A stretch of DNA of 64,000 nucleotides, from assembly GCA_036004685.1 (NCBI GenBank), contig DASYRE010000008.1, positions 35,818 to 99,817 of the forward strand, written 5' to 3'. Every line of letters starts with the position of its first letter. Within the stretch, counting starts at the first letter, position 1. A program made the position numbers and the translations under genes. Positions 1-9,074 of this stretch are shown one piece after another. The notes under the pieces are model-generated. The model worked only from the letters and a program-made list of their open reading frames with translations. It did no database searches and was not told where the DNA came from. The DNA is from Candidatus Polarisedimenticolia bacterium (GTDB lineage Bacteria; Acidobacteriota; Polarisedimenticolia; Gp22-AA2; AA152).

Positions 1-2
1 AT

Positions 3-1076
3 CGAGAGGCCATCGACGCCGCGATCGCGCGGGTGATCGGAAGCTGTGGCTTCATTCTCGGAGCGGAGGTCGAAACTCTGGAGGCCGCTTTCGCCGCCCA
101 TTGCGGCACGCGCCATGCGGTGGGGGTCGGCACCGGCCTCGACGCGTTGAGATTGATCCTCCTCGAGCTCGGGATTGGCCCCGGAGACGAGGTGCTCCTT
201 CCGGCGAACACTTTCATCGCCACCGCCCTGGCCGTTTCCGCGGTGGGAGCGCGGCCCGTGCTCGTGGATTGCCGAGACGAGGATTTCTGCCTCGACCCGA
301 ACCAGATTGCGTCCAAGATCACTTCCCGCACCCGCGCCCTCCTCCCAGTTCATCTTTACGGACTTCCCGCCCCGATGGCCGAGATTCAGGAGGTTGCCAA
401 CCGCCACGATCTGCTCGTCGTGGAGGATGCGTGCCAGGCCCACGGGGCGCGCCTCGACGATGGCCGGCCGTGCGGCAGTCTCGGACGCGCGGCCGCGTTC
501 TCGTTCTATCCGGGGAAGAACCTCGGTGCTTATGGGGACGGCGGAGCCATCACCACCGACGACGACGAGCTCGCCGCGCGCCTTCGCCTCAGGCGGAATT
601 ACGGGCAGGTCGTCAAGTATCAGCATTCCGTGGCGGGGGAGAACTGCCGCTTGGACGCGATCCAGGCGGCGATCCTCGGAGCGAAGCTCCCTTTCCTGGA
701 TCGTGGGAACGCGCTGCGCCGTCGGGTGGCCTCCCGTTACATCGAAGCTTTCGCCGGATCGCCGGTCCTTACTCCTCGGGCGGATCAAGTCGAGCGATCG
801 GTCTGGCATCTTTTCGTGGTCCAGGTGGAGGACCGTGAAGATTTCCGCGCCCACCTCAAGAACCGCGGCATCGAGACCGGCATCCACTATCCCGTTCCCA
901 TCCATCTTCAGACGGCCTACTCGTACCTCGCGCACGCGCACGGCGATTTTCCGGTCTGCGAAAGACTCTCCGAGAGGATCGTCTCGCTTCCCATCTATCC
1001 CGAAATGACGGAGGGTCAGGTCGCGAAGGTGATCGATGCCGTCCTTTGCTGGGCACCGGCGCGGGCGGCCCGGTGA
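3..1076 (+). CDS. DegT/DnrJ/EryC1/StrS family PLP-dependent sugar aminotransferase (5' end runs off the window)
   Basis: Motifs EDACQAHG, FSFYPGKNLGAYGDGG and RLDAIQAA; frame stays open to base 3. Confidence 0.93.
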   Translation, partial: REAIDAAIARVIGSCGFILGAEVETLEAAFAAHCGTRHAVGVGTGLDALRLILLELGIGPGDEVLLPANTFIATALAVSAVGARPVLVDCRDEDFCLDPNQIASKITSRTRALLPVHLYGLPAPMAEIQEVANRHDLLVVEDACQAHGARLDDGRPCGSLGRAAAFSFYPGKNLGAYGDGGAITTDDDELAARLRLRRNYGQVVKYQHSVAGENCRLDAIQAAILGAKLPFLDRGNALRRRVASRYIEAFAGSPVLTPRADQVERSVWHLFVVQVEDREDFRAHLKNRGIETGIHYPVPIHLQTAYSYLAHAHGDFPVCERLSERIVSLPIYPEMTEGQVAKVIDAVLCWAPARAAR

Positions 1077-1843
1077 TGAGCGAGGAGGACAAGAAGAGGA
1101 TTCCGCTAACGGTTTCCGTCGTCATCCCCGTCTACAACGAGTGCCGCTCCGTCGAACGCGAGGCGCTGAAGATTCACCGCTTTCTCGAGCGTCATTTTGC
1201 CGACAGTGAAATCCTGCTCGTGGACGACGGCTCCACCGACGGCTCGGCCGCCATTCTGGACCGGCTCGCTTCGTCCCTCGATGGCGTGCGCCTCCTGCGC
1301 CACCCCGTGAACCAGGGGATCGGCGCCGCCGTCATGGACGGCTACCGGGGCGCCAGCAAGGAAGCGCTGACCTATTTCCCGGCTGACTCTCAGGCAGAGA
1401 TCGAAGACATCGCCGAATTCGCGTCCCGCATGGCGGAGGGGGTGGATGTCGTGCTGGGCTTCCGCTCCGACCGCCGCGACTACTCTCCCGTCCGTCTGTG
1501 CTACTCCTATCTGAACCTCCTTCTCCACGGTCTCCTGTTCGGGCGATTCTACCGGGACGTGAACTGGATTCACCTCGTCCGACGCGACGCCCTGCGGCGC
1601 ATATCGGTCCGATCGCGCAGCGCCTTCATGGCCGGCGAGATGCTCGAGAAGATCCGTCGGACAGGCGGGAAGATCATCGAGGCCCGCTCGCGCTACAATC
1701 CCCGGCGCGAAGGCAGGACGAACGTCGGGAACTTCCGCGGGGCGCGCGCGGCGCTCGCCGACATGCTGCGCCTTCGCTGGGACCTGTGGGTCCGCCCACG
1801 CTCGAGCCTGGAAGCCGGGATCGTCAAGGGGGAGCGGGCATGA
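1076..1843 (+). CDS. GT2 glycosyltransferase, polyprenol-phosphate glycosyltransferase-like
   Basis: SVVIPVYNE, VDDGSTDGS and ADSQ motifs; ATG overlaps the upstream stop (TGATG). Confidence 0.9.
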   Translation: MSEEDKKRIPLTVSVVIPVYNECRSVEREALKIHRFLERHFADSEILLVDDGSTDGSAAILDRLASSLDGVRLLRHPVNQGIGAAVMDGYRGASKEALTYFPADSQAEIEDIAEFASRMAEGVDVVLGFRSDRRDYSPVRLCYSYLNLLLHGLLFGRFYRDVNWIHLVRRDALRRISVRSRSAFMAGEMLEKIRRTGGKIIEARSRYNPRREGRTNVGNFRGARAALADMLRLRWDLWVRPRSSLEAGIVKGERA

Positions 1844-2871
1844 TCCGGATCGGGATCGTCGGGCTGGGGCATTGGGGCCCCAACCACCTTCGTAGTTTCA
1901 GCTCCCTTCCCGAGTGCACGGTCGTGGCGGCGTCGGATCTCAACGATTCCCGCTTGAAGGTCTTCGCCGCTTCCTATCCTCAGGTCGAATTCGTGCGCGA
2001 CCCCGCAGAGATCTTCCGGCGCGCGGACGTCGATGCCGTCGTGATTTCGACCCCGACCGCAACCCACTATCCGCTCACCGCGACGGCCCTGCAAGCCGGC
2101 AAGGACGTTCTTTGCGAGAAACCGCTCACCCTGAAGACCCGGGAGGCTCTGCGCCTCGTCACGCTGGCGCGCTCCCGAAAGCGCATCCTCATGGTGGGAC
2201 ACGTATTCCTTTTCAATCCCGGCATCCTCTGGCTCCAGAGCTATCTTCAAAGCGGCGCCGTCGGGCGCGTCCTCTACATCCACGCGACGCGGACCAACCT
2301 GGGCCCGATCCGCAGCGACGTCAACGCGGCTTTCGATCTCGCCTCCCACGATATTTCCATCCTCAACTTTCTCCTCACCGCCTCCCCGCTCAATGTCAAC
2401 GCCACGGGGCAGGGATACCTCTCCTCCAAAGTGGAGGACGTCGTGTTCATCAGTCTCGAATACCCGCAAGGGGTGCTCGCGAACATTCACGTTTCCTGGC
2501 TCGACCCCAAGAAGGTCCGGGAGATTACGGTGGTCGGGGAGAAGCGGATGGTCGTGTGGAACGACCTGTCTCCGGACGGCCCCATCGCCGTCTACGACAA
2601 GGGGGTCATCCGGGAGCCCTATTATTCCGATTATGGAGAGTTCAACCTCCTCGTCCGGCAGGGGGAAATCACCATCCCTCACGTGAAGCAGTACGAGCCG
2701 GTCCGTGCACAGGCGGCCCACTTCGTGGAATGCTTGAAAGAGCGCCGGGCGCCGCGGGCCGACGGCGTCGGCGGGATGGAGGTCGTCCGGATTCTCGAAT
2801 CGATCGGCAAATCACTGGCGGGAGGGGGCAGGAGAATTTCATTGGCTTCCCGAAGGGACGGCCGACGGTGA
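1840..2871 (+). CDS. Gfo/Idh/MocA family NAD-dependent oxidoreductase
   Basis: IGIVGLGHWG Rossmann motif, CEKP, DLASHD; ATGA overlap with the upstream gene. Confidence 0.92.
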   Translation: MIRIGIVGLGHWGPNHLRSFSSLPECTVVAASDLNDSRLKVFAASYPQVEFVRDPAEIFRRADVDAVVISTPTATHYPLTATALQAGKDVLCEKPLTLKTREALRLVTLARSRKRILMVGHVFLFNPGILWLQSYLQSGAVGRVLYIHATRTNLGPIRSDVNAAFDLASHDISILNFLLTASPLNVNATGQGYLSSKVEDVVFISLEYPQGVLANIHVSWLDPKKVREITVVGEKRMVVWNDLSPDGPIAVYDKGVIREPYYSDYGEFNLLVRQGEITIPHVKQYEPVRAQAAHFVECLKERRAPRADGVGGMEVVRILESIGKSLAGGGRRISLASRRDGRR

Positions 2872-3479
2872 TCCGGAAACCCCGCGGGGTCTTCATTCAT
2901 CCGCTGGCGCTCGTGGAGACGTCGCGAATCGGCCCGGGGACCCGGATCTGGGCCTATGCCCACGTGATGGAGCGTTGCCGAATCGGCCGGGGATGCAACA
3001 TCGGCGAAGGGGTCTTTCTCGAAACGAGCGAGCCGGTCGGGGAGTTCACCGTCATCAAGAACGGTGTCTCGGTCTGGGATCGGGTGCGGCTGGAGGATCG
3101 CGTCTTCGTCGGACCCGCGGCGGTCTTCACGAACGACCGGGCTCCGCGCGCCGATCCGCGGTTCAAGGCCGGACCCGAATTGTGGGAGCCGACGCGCATC
3201 CGGACCGGCGCCTCGATCGGCGCCAACGCCACGATCCTGAGCGGCATCACCCTGGGACGCTGGTGCCTCATCGGAGCCGGGGCCGTCGTCACGCGCGACG
3301 TCCCGGATCACGCGCTGATGCTGGGGAGTCCCGCGCGCGAGTGCGGTTTCGTGTGCGAGTGCGGCAGGCGCCTGCCGGAAAGCTTGGGATGCCCGTGCGG
3401 ACGCCGGTACCGGCGCAGGACCTCCGGCTTGAGCCTTCTCCCCTCGCCACGCCGAAAGTCCCTCCGACCTCGCCGATGA
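2868..3479 (+). CDS. Hexapeptide-repeat (left-handed beta-helix) sugar N-acetyltransferase, WbpD/WlbB-like
   Basis: Hexapeptide repeats, GPAAVFTND, GASIGANATIL, C-terminal CECG; GTG start overlaps the upstream stop. Confidence 0.88.
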   Translation: MIRKPRGVFIHPLALVETSRIGPGTRIWAYAHVMERCRIGRGCNIGEGVFLETSEPVGEFTVIKNGVSVWDRVRLEDRVFVGPAAVFTNDRAPRADPRFKAGPELWEPTRIRTGASIGANATILSGITLGRWCLIGAGAVVTRDVPDHALMLGSPARECGFVCECGRRLPESLGCPCGRRYRRRTSGLSLLPSPRRKSLRPRR

Positions 3480-5032
3480 ACCTGCTCTCCAGCCCTCGCT
3501 GGCTTTCGGCCGCCGCGGGTTGCGCCTTGATCCTGTTCGTCTTCTTGACCGTCTTCGACGTGATCTTCGTCCCCGTCGAGAAGGACGAAGGGATCTATGC
3601 GTATGCGTTCCGCCTGGTCGCCGAAGGCAAGCTTCCTTACCGTGATTTCACCTACATCGAGAGCCCCGGCCTCCCTTATTACTACGCCGCGCTCCTGGCG
3701 CTTCCCGGCATCGACCTCCGGAACGTGCGGATCCTCTGCGCGGTGACCGGCTTCGTCGCACTTTGCCTGCTCTTGGCTTGCGCGGCTCGTCTCGGCGGGA
3801 AAACGGCTGCAGCGTTCTGCGCCCTCCTGCTCTTCACTAACGCGCGTCTGGCCGAATGGTTCTCGAGGGACGTCACCTATCCGCTGGTGACGCTGCTGCT
3901 CGCTTCGTCCCTTCTCATCGCCCTGTCTCGGCTTCCCGACCGGTTCCGCACGGCGGCCCAGGGAGCGCTGCTCGCTCTGGCCGGGGCGGTAAAAGCCAGC
4001 ATGGGCATCGTGTCGCTGGTGTGGATGGGGGGCATGCTGCTCGGGCATCGGAGAGACCGGAAGGCCGTCCTGTGGGGAGCCCTGGCTTTTGGCGCGACCC
4101 TGAGCCTCTCGATCGGGCCTTTCCTGCTCGCGGATCCCGGCGCTTTCTTCTTCAACGTCGTCGAAGCGGCGGTGTCCAGAGGTCGACTTTTCCCCTTCAT
4201 GAGACGGCCCGATGCGCTGGACCAGTGGCTTGAATTCGGCTCCGGACAGAAGATCCTGGCGGCGAGAACGATCCTCCTGGGGAACTTTCCGATGGTGATT
4301 CTCGCCGCGGTGATCGTTCTTGCCGGAACGCCGCGACTTCGCTTCGGGAAAAACGGTCCGGCTTCGAAAATCGCGCCCATCACGGCGGCCCTCGCGCTCG
4401 GCGTGCTTTTCCACTGGCTCTTTCCGTCGCCCAGTTATCCCAACTATCAGATGATGCTCCTGCCCGCCCTCACGGTCCCCCTGGCAGTCGTCTATGCGGC
4501 GTCGGCGGAGAAGTGGAGCGGAACGGGGGCCCGTCGGATCCTGTTGGCGCTTCCGGTCGTGCTGGGGGGGCTGAGCCTGTTGGAAGGTGCGAATCCGGAC
4601 GAGGCCGGCCTCGGTGTCGGAACCTACCGTCATGGCCCCCAGCGAGAGCTCACCCAGCTCGTGGAGCGCACCGTATCTCCAGGAGGATTGCTTCTCACCG
4701 ATTACCTCCCGGTGGCCGTGGAAGCGCGCCGGCGCGTCGTTCCCGGAAATGAAGGGGGCCGAGCCTCGCTCGTTCTGGGCCTCGACGATCGTCGTGCTGC
4801 GGCCCTCCACGTCCTGAACCGAAGCGCCTTTCTTGCCGTTTTGCGCGAGGGACGCGCTCAGGGAGTGGTCCTGACCCGGCAGCTGTTCGAAGATTCGTTT
4901 CGGGCAGTTCCGGGCTTTTTGGAGGAGACGGAGGAGGCACTCGCAAGCCGGTACCAACTGGTGAAGGAGTTTCCGGAAAGCGTCTATTTTAGCTACGGGC
5001 GCATCCGGGTCTACCGCCTGCGTGACCGGTGA
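3476..5032 (+). CDS. Multi-pass membrane GT-C fold glycosyltransferase (ArnT/PMT-like)
   Basis: First TM followed by DEGIYAY and LPYRDF..PGL motifs, then about 10 hydrophobic segments; ATG at 3476 overlaps the upstream stop. Confidence 0.75.
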   Translation: MNLLSSPRWLSAAAGCALILFVFLTVFDVIFVPVEKDEGIYAYAFRLVAEGKLPYRDFTYIESPGLPYYYAALLALPGIDLRNVRILCAVTGFVALCLLLACAARLGGKTAAAFCALLLFTNARLAEWFSRDVTYPLVTLLLASSLLIALSRLPDRFRTAAQGALLALAGAVKASMGIVSLVWMGGMLLGHRRDRKAVLWGALAFGATLSLSIGPFLLADPGAFFFNVVEAAVSRGRLFPFMRRPDALDQWLEFGSGQKILAARTILLGNFPMVILAAVIVLAGTPRLRFGKNGPASKIAPITAALALGVLFHWLFPSPSYPNYQMMLLPALTVPLAVVYAASAEKWSGTGARRILLALPVVLGGLSLLEGANPDEAGLGVGTYRHGPQRELTQLVERTVSPGGLLLTDYLPVAVEARRRVVPGNEGGRASLVLGLDDRRAAALHVLNRSAFLAVLREGRAQGVVLTRQLFEDSFRAVPGFLEETEEALASRYQLVKEFPESVYFSYGRIRVYRLRDR

Positions 5033-5047
5033 GCGAAGGGCGGCCCG

Positions 5048-6103
5048 TCAGCCCGCGACGATCTCCAGCCGAACAGGAGACGCGGCGAACACCTCTCCGA
5101 TCCGGGCGGCGCGCGCATGCCCCGAGGCCCGCAGCGCCGCGACGAGCGCCTCGGCCTCCTGCGGCGGCGCCGCGATGAGCAGCCCGCCCGAGGTCTGCGG
5201 ATCGGCCAAGAGGGTCAAGGCTTCCTCGGAGAGCCTCCCGGCGATCTTCAGCTTGCCTTCCGCCAGCTTCAGGTTGCAGCGGGTGACGCGCGTCCCGATC
5301 CCCTTGCGGATCAGGGCGAGACTCTCCTCGTAGAAGGGAAGGGCGGCCATCCGGATTCTCAGTCCGCAGCCGCTTCTCTCCGCCATGCCCAGGGCGTGAC
5401 CGATCAGCCCGAAGCCGGTGACGTCGGTGCAGGCGCGCGCCGCGTGCTGCTGCATCAGGCGGCAGGCGACATCATTCAGGCGGACCATTTCCGCCAGCGC
5501 CTCGCGGAGCGTCGCATCGGAGACGCGCCGATCCCGGTAGGCGCTGATGACGACGCCGGTGCCGATCGGCTTCGTCAGGACCAGCGCGTCGCCGCTTTCG
5601 GCGGTCGAGTTCCTCACGATCCGGCCCGGGTCCACGATGCCGGTCACGGCGAGCCCGTATTTCAGCTCCGGATCCTGGATCGTGTGGCCGCCAACGACCA
5701 CCGCCCCGGCTTCCCGGACTTTCCGGGCGCCCCCCTTGAGAATCTCCGCCAGGACCTCGGTCGGAATTCCGGAGGACGGGAAGCAGCAGACGTTCATCGC
5801 GGTGAGCGGCCGCCCGCCCATCGCGTAGACGTCGGAGAGAGAGTTCGCGGCGGCCACCTGGCCGAACACGTCGGGATCGTCCACCAACGGCGTGATGAAA
5901 TCGACGGTCTGCACCAGGGCCATCGTGTCGCTCACGCGGTAGACTCCGGCGTCGTCGGCGGTGCCGAATCCCACGAGCAGGTTCGGATCCGCCGGCTGAT
6001 CGAGATCCTGGACGATCTTCCTCAAGTCCTCCGGACTGAGCTTCGCCGCTCAGCCGCCGGACGAGGAATATTCGACCAGGCGGGTTTTCGCGCCGATCCT
6101 CAT
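5048..6103 (-). CDS. selD: Selenide, water dikinase, selenocysteine-containing (UGA at codon 18, 6050-6052)
   Basis: DDAGVY, TVDF, NSLSDVYAMGG, DVTGFGL and DPQTSGGLL motifs. An ATG at 6103 with AAGGAGG RBS gives MRIGAKTRLVEYSSSGG-UGA-AAKLSPEDLRK, in frame with the 6025 ORF. Confidence 0.95.
6021..6040 (-). promoter_or_regulatory. Candidate bacterial SECIS hairpin of selD
   Basis: Minus strand CTCAGTCC-GGA-GGAC(T)TGAG forms an 8-bp stem with one bulged U and a G-rich apical loop, starting 9 nt after the UGA. Confidence 0.65.
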
Positions 6104-6236
6104 CGTCTTCTCCCTCCTTTCAAGGGCCTGGACCGGGCGGATCATAGCACACGCCTCCGGAGCCATCGCCCGGCGCGCCGGCGACGTTCGAACTATAATA
6201 AAGATGCCGATCCGGAGGCCGGATTACGGGGTTGTC

Positions 6237-7712
6237 ATGCTCATCCAGGTGATCCTCGCGGAAACCACCGAGCAGCTGCTCGACGAGTACCGCGGGGCCT
6301 CTTCCGACAGCGATCTGGTGGAGCTGCGCCTGGATCGGATCCGCGACCTGGATCTCGAGTCACTTCTGTCAGTCCGCGGCAAGCCACGCCTGGCCACCTG
6401 CCGGAGTCACGCGCAGGGAGGCTTCTTCGGGGGGACCGAAGAGGAGCGCCGCAAGATCCTCGAGGAGGCGGTCCGCCGCGGAGTGGAATACGTGGATCTG
6501 GAGTTCGGGAGCCGGGACGTCGACCTGCTTCCACAGACCGGATCGTGCCGCCCCATCCTCTCCTACCACCACCGGCCCGGCGCCCCCCTCGATCTCAAGG
6601 AGATCTACCGGAAAATGGCCGGGATCGACGCGAGCGCCATCCTGAAGCTCATTCCCTACGCCGACTCCTGCACCGACAACCTCCGGATTCGGGATCTCTT
6701 GCGGGAGTCGCGCTCGGACGGAAGGGATCTGATCGCGTTCTGCATGGGGGAGAAGGGGAAAGTCAGCCGGATTCTTGCGCGCGCCTGGGGATCGTGGGCC
6801 GTCTACGCCCCCAGCCGCGGCGAGTCACGCACCGCTCCGGGCCAGGTCCTGCTCGCGGAGCTGATCGAGATCTACCGGGTGCGCGAGCTGGAAGCGGCGA
6901 CTCCGTTGTGCGGCATCGTCGGGTTCCCGGTCTCCGGATCGCTCTCGCCGCGACTCTACAACCTCGCCTTCGCGCGGCTCGGGCTCCCGCACCGCTTTCT
7001 TCCCTTCGAGACGGAGACCCTGGCCGAGTTTCTGCCGATTCTCAGCGAGCTGCCCATCGCCGGATTCTCCGTCACCCATCCTCACAAAGAAGCGATCCTG
7101 GCGCATTGCGACGATCTCGACCCGCTCGCCCGCCGGGTGGGCGCCGTCAACACGGCGGTCCGGCGCTGGAACCGGCTCGTAGGGTACAACACCGACGTCG
7201 AGGGGGCCGTCGCCCCCCTGCGCAGGGTTCTCCCTCTGAAAGGGGCTCGCGTGGGGATTCTCGGGAGCGGGGGAGCGGCCCGCGCCGCCGCCTACGGCCT
7301 CATCCGCGCGGGGGCGAGCGTCACGCTCTTCGCCCGGAATGCAGCGCGCGCCCAGGCGCTGGCGCTGGATTTCGGTTGCCGGTGCCAGAGCTGGAGCCGG
7401 GCGAGACTGTTCCGCGGGAAGCTCCTGATCAACGCCACTCCGGTGGGGATGAGCCCGGGGCCGGAGGAGAGCGCGGTGTCCTGGGACGCCATACGGACCG
7501 ATGCCGCCTACGATCTCGTCTACAACCCCTCCTCCACCCGGTTCCTGCAGGAGGCGGAGAAGTCGGGCGCCCGACCCATCAGCGGGATCGAGATGTTTTT
7601 GGAGCAGGCCCTCCTGCAATTCGAGCTGCTCAGCGGACGGCCGGCGCCCCGGCCCCTGTTCGAAGAGATCCTGTCGCCGTTCGGCCGGCAGGACGCCCGG
7701 CCGCCGTCATGA
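6237..7712 (+). CDS. aroDE: Fused type I 3-dehydroquinate dehydratase / shikimate dehydrogenase
   Basis: N-terminal ELRLD, YVDLE and ILSYH motifs; C-terminal SLSP, VTHPHK, GAVNT, YNTD, GSGGAARA, NATPVGM, DLVYNP. Start could be 6204. Confidence 0.9.
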   Translation: MLIQVILAETTEQLLDEYRGASSDSDLVELRLDRIRDLDLESLLSVRGKPRLATCRSHAQGGFFGGTEEERRKILEEAVRRGVEYVDLEFGSRDVDLLPQTGSCRPILSYHHRPGAPLDLKEIYRKMAGIDASAILKLIPYADSCTDNLRIRDLLRESRSDGRDLIAFCMGEKGKVSRILARAWGSWAVYAPSRGESRTAPGQVLLAELIEIYRVRELEAATPLCGIVGFPVSGSLSPRLYNLAFARLGLPHRFLPFETETLAEFLPILSELPIAGFSVTHPHKEAILAHCDDLDPLARRVGAVNTAVRRWNRLVGYNTDVEGAVAPLRRVLPLKGARVGILGSGGAARAAAYGLIRAGASVTLFARNAARAQALALDFGCRCQSWSRARLFRGKLLINATPVGMSPGPEESAVSWDAIRTDAAYDLVYNPSSTRFLQEAEKSGARPISGIEMFLEQALLQFELLSGRPAPRPLFEEILSPFGRQDARPPS

Positions 7713-8740
7713 GCCCGGATGCCGGCGTCTCCCGGTACACGCGCCAGATCCTCCTTCCTTCGATCGGTCCGGGAGGGCAGGAGCGGCTCCGCGCCGCCTG
7801 CGTCGCCGTCGTGGGGCTGGGCGCCCTCGGTACCGTGGAAGCGAGCTACCTGGCGCGGGCCGGCGTGGGAACGCTGCGGCTCATCGACCGGGACACGGTC
7901 GAGCTTCACAACCTGCAACGTCAGATTCTCTACACGGAGAGCGACGCGCGGGAAGGGCTGCCGAAGGCGGTCGCGGCCCGGAGGCGCCTCGAGGCGGTGA
8001 ATTCCGAGATTCGCCTGATCGACGTCCCGGAGCATCTCGGGAAAGACAACATCGGCGAGATCCTCTCGGGATGCGCCATAGTTCTGGACGGCACGGACAA
8101 CCTGGAGACCCGCTTTCTCCTGAACGATTTCTCGGTGCGCGAGGGCGTGCCGTGGATTTATGCGGCCTGCGTCGGAACCGAGGCGCTGGTCAGCCCCATT
8201 TTCCCCGGGAGGACTCCGTGCCTCCGGTGTCGCATCGCTCCCGAGTCGTCGGCGCCGGAGCCCACCTGCGACACCGCCGGCATCCTTGGACCGGTGGCGG
8301 GAACCGCCGGCTCGGCGGCCGCTTCGCAGGCTCTGCTGGCGCTGGCGGGTGAGCCGGGGTTTCAGGGGGTGCTGCGCATCGACGCCCGGCGGGGAGACTT
8401 CCGGGTGGTCCTCCAAGACTCGGAGCCGGATCCCGCGTGTCCCGCCTGCGCCCTGCGCCGCTTCGATTTCCTCGAGGGCGACCTGGCCGCCTCGGCCCAC
8501 GTCCTGTGCGGCCGGGGGGCGGTCCAGATTCTTCCAGCTGCTCGCAAGACCCGGAGCCTGGAGGAAGCCGCCCGCCGGCTCGCGGAGTTCGGGGAGGTTC
8601 ACCGCAGTCGTTTTCTGATCCGGGCAACCCTCGAGGGACACTGCCTCTCCCTGTTCCCCGACGGCCGGATCATCGTCGGCGGCACGACCGATCCCTCCCG
8701 CGCGCGCGCCTTGGTCGATCGCTATCTCGGCGGGATCTGA
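7709..8740 (+). CDS. ThiF/MoeB family adenylyltransferase (E1-like)
   Basis: RYTRQ, VGLGALG, DRDTVELHNLQRQ, DGTDN, two CxxC pairs, and a C-terminal LCGR..VQI extension. Confidence 0.9.
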   Translation: MSPDAGVSRYTRQILLPSIGPGGQERLRAACVAVVGLGALGTVEASYLARAGVGTLRLIDRDTVELHNLQRQILYTESDAREGLPKAVAARRRLEAVNSEIRLIDVPEHLGKDNIGEILSGCAIVLDGTDNLETRFLLNDFSVREGVPWIYAACVGTEALVSPIFPGRTPCLRCRIAPESSAPEPTCDTAGILGPVAGTAGSAAASQALLALAGEPGFQGVLRIDARRGDFRVVLQDSEPDPACPACALRRFDFLEGDLAASAHVLCGRGAVQILPAARKTRSLEEAARRLAEFGEVHRSRFLIRATLEGHCLSLFPDGRIIVGGTTDPSRARALVDRYLGGI

Positions 8741-8757
8741 TCGGCCGAAACCCTTGG

Positions 8758-8787
8758 TTGACACGGCGCGCGACGCTGCGCTAGCAT
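8758..8787 (+). promoter_or_regulatory. Sigma70-type promoter upstream of the lipoprotein-trp operon
   Basis: TTGACA (8758-8763), 18-nt spacer, TAGCAT (8782-8787). Confidence 0.55.
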
Positions 8788-8831
8788 CGACCGCCGGCCG
8801 GCGCCCGGCCGGCAAGGAGCCAGTCAGCCTC

Positions 8832-8933
8832 ATGAAAGCTCTCAAGACGAATCCTCCCGCCTGGCCCGTACGGCTCCTCTCCGCTTTCCGACGACTCCAT
8901 CGTCCTTGGCGAAGCCGCCACTCCGGCGCCTGA
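8832..8933 (+). CDS. Candidate leader peptide (33 aa, two Trp)
   Basis: MKALKTNPPAWPVRLLSAFRRLHRPWRSRHSGA* with AAGGAG upstream; lies between the promoter and the terminator ahead of the trp genes. Confidence 0.35.
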   Translation: MKALKTNPPAWPVRLLSAFRRLHRPWRSRHSGA

Positions 8934-9010
8934 TCCTGCGAGCAGGCGCCGACCGCGAGGCGCTGCCGGCGCTTCCGGACGGGACGCCGAATGGCGGAGT
9001 GGCGGCATGG

Positions 9011-9038
9011 ACCTCTTCTCTCGGGAAGAGGTTTTTTT
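9011..9038 (+). terminator. Intrinsic terminator / possible attenuator
   Basis: ACCTCTTC-tctcgg-GAAGAGGT followed by a T run. Confidence 0.8.
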
Positions 9039-9074
9039 ATTGGGCACGGCTCTCCCCGTAGAAAGGAGGGAAGC

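Noticed and set aside
5117-8740. Very long alternative-frame and antisense ORFs (e.g. 5117-8740, 39870-43097, 18891-20591, 33720-36221, 23906-26053)
   Set aside because: They shadow well-supported genes in high-GC DNA, are Arg/Pro/Gly-rich and lack motifs; where they include a real gene, the true start is internal.
8790-9040. T-box, TPP or cobalamin riboswitch assignment for the trp leader
   Set aside because: The T-box sequence and the conserved cores of these riboswitches are absent; only short chance matches (CCTGATC, GCCACT) occur.
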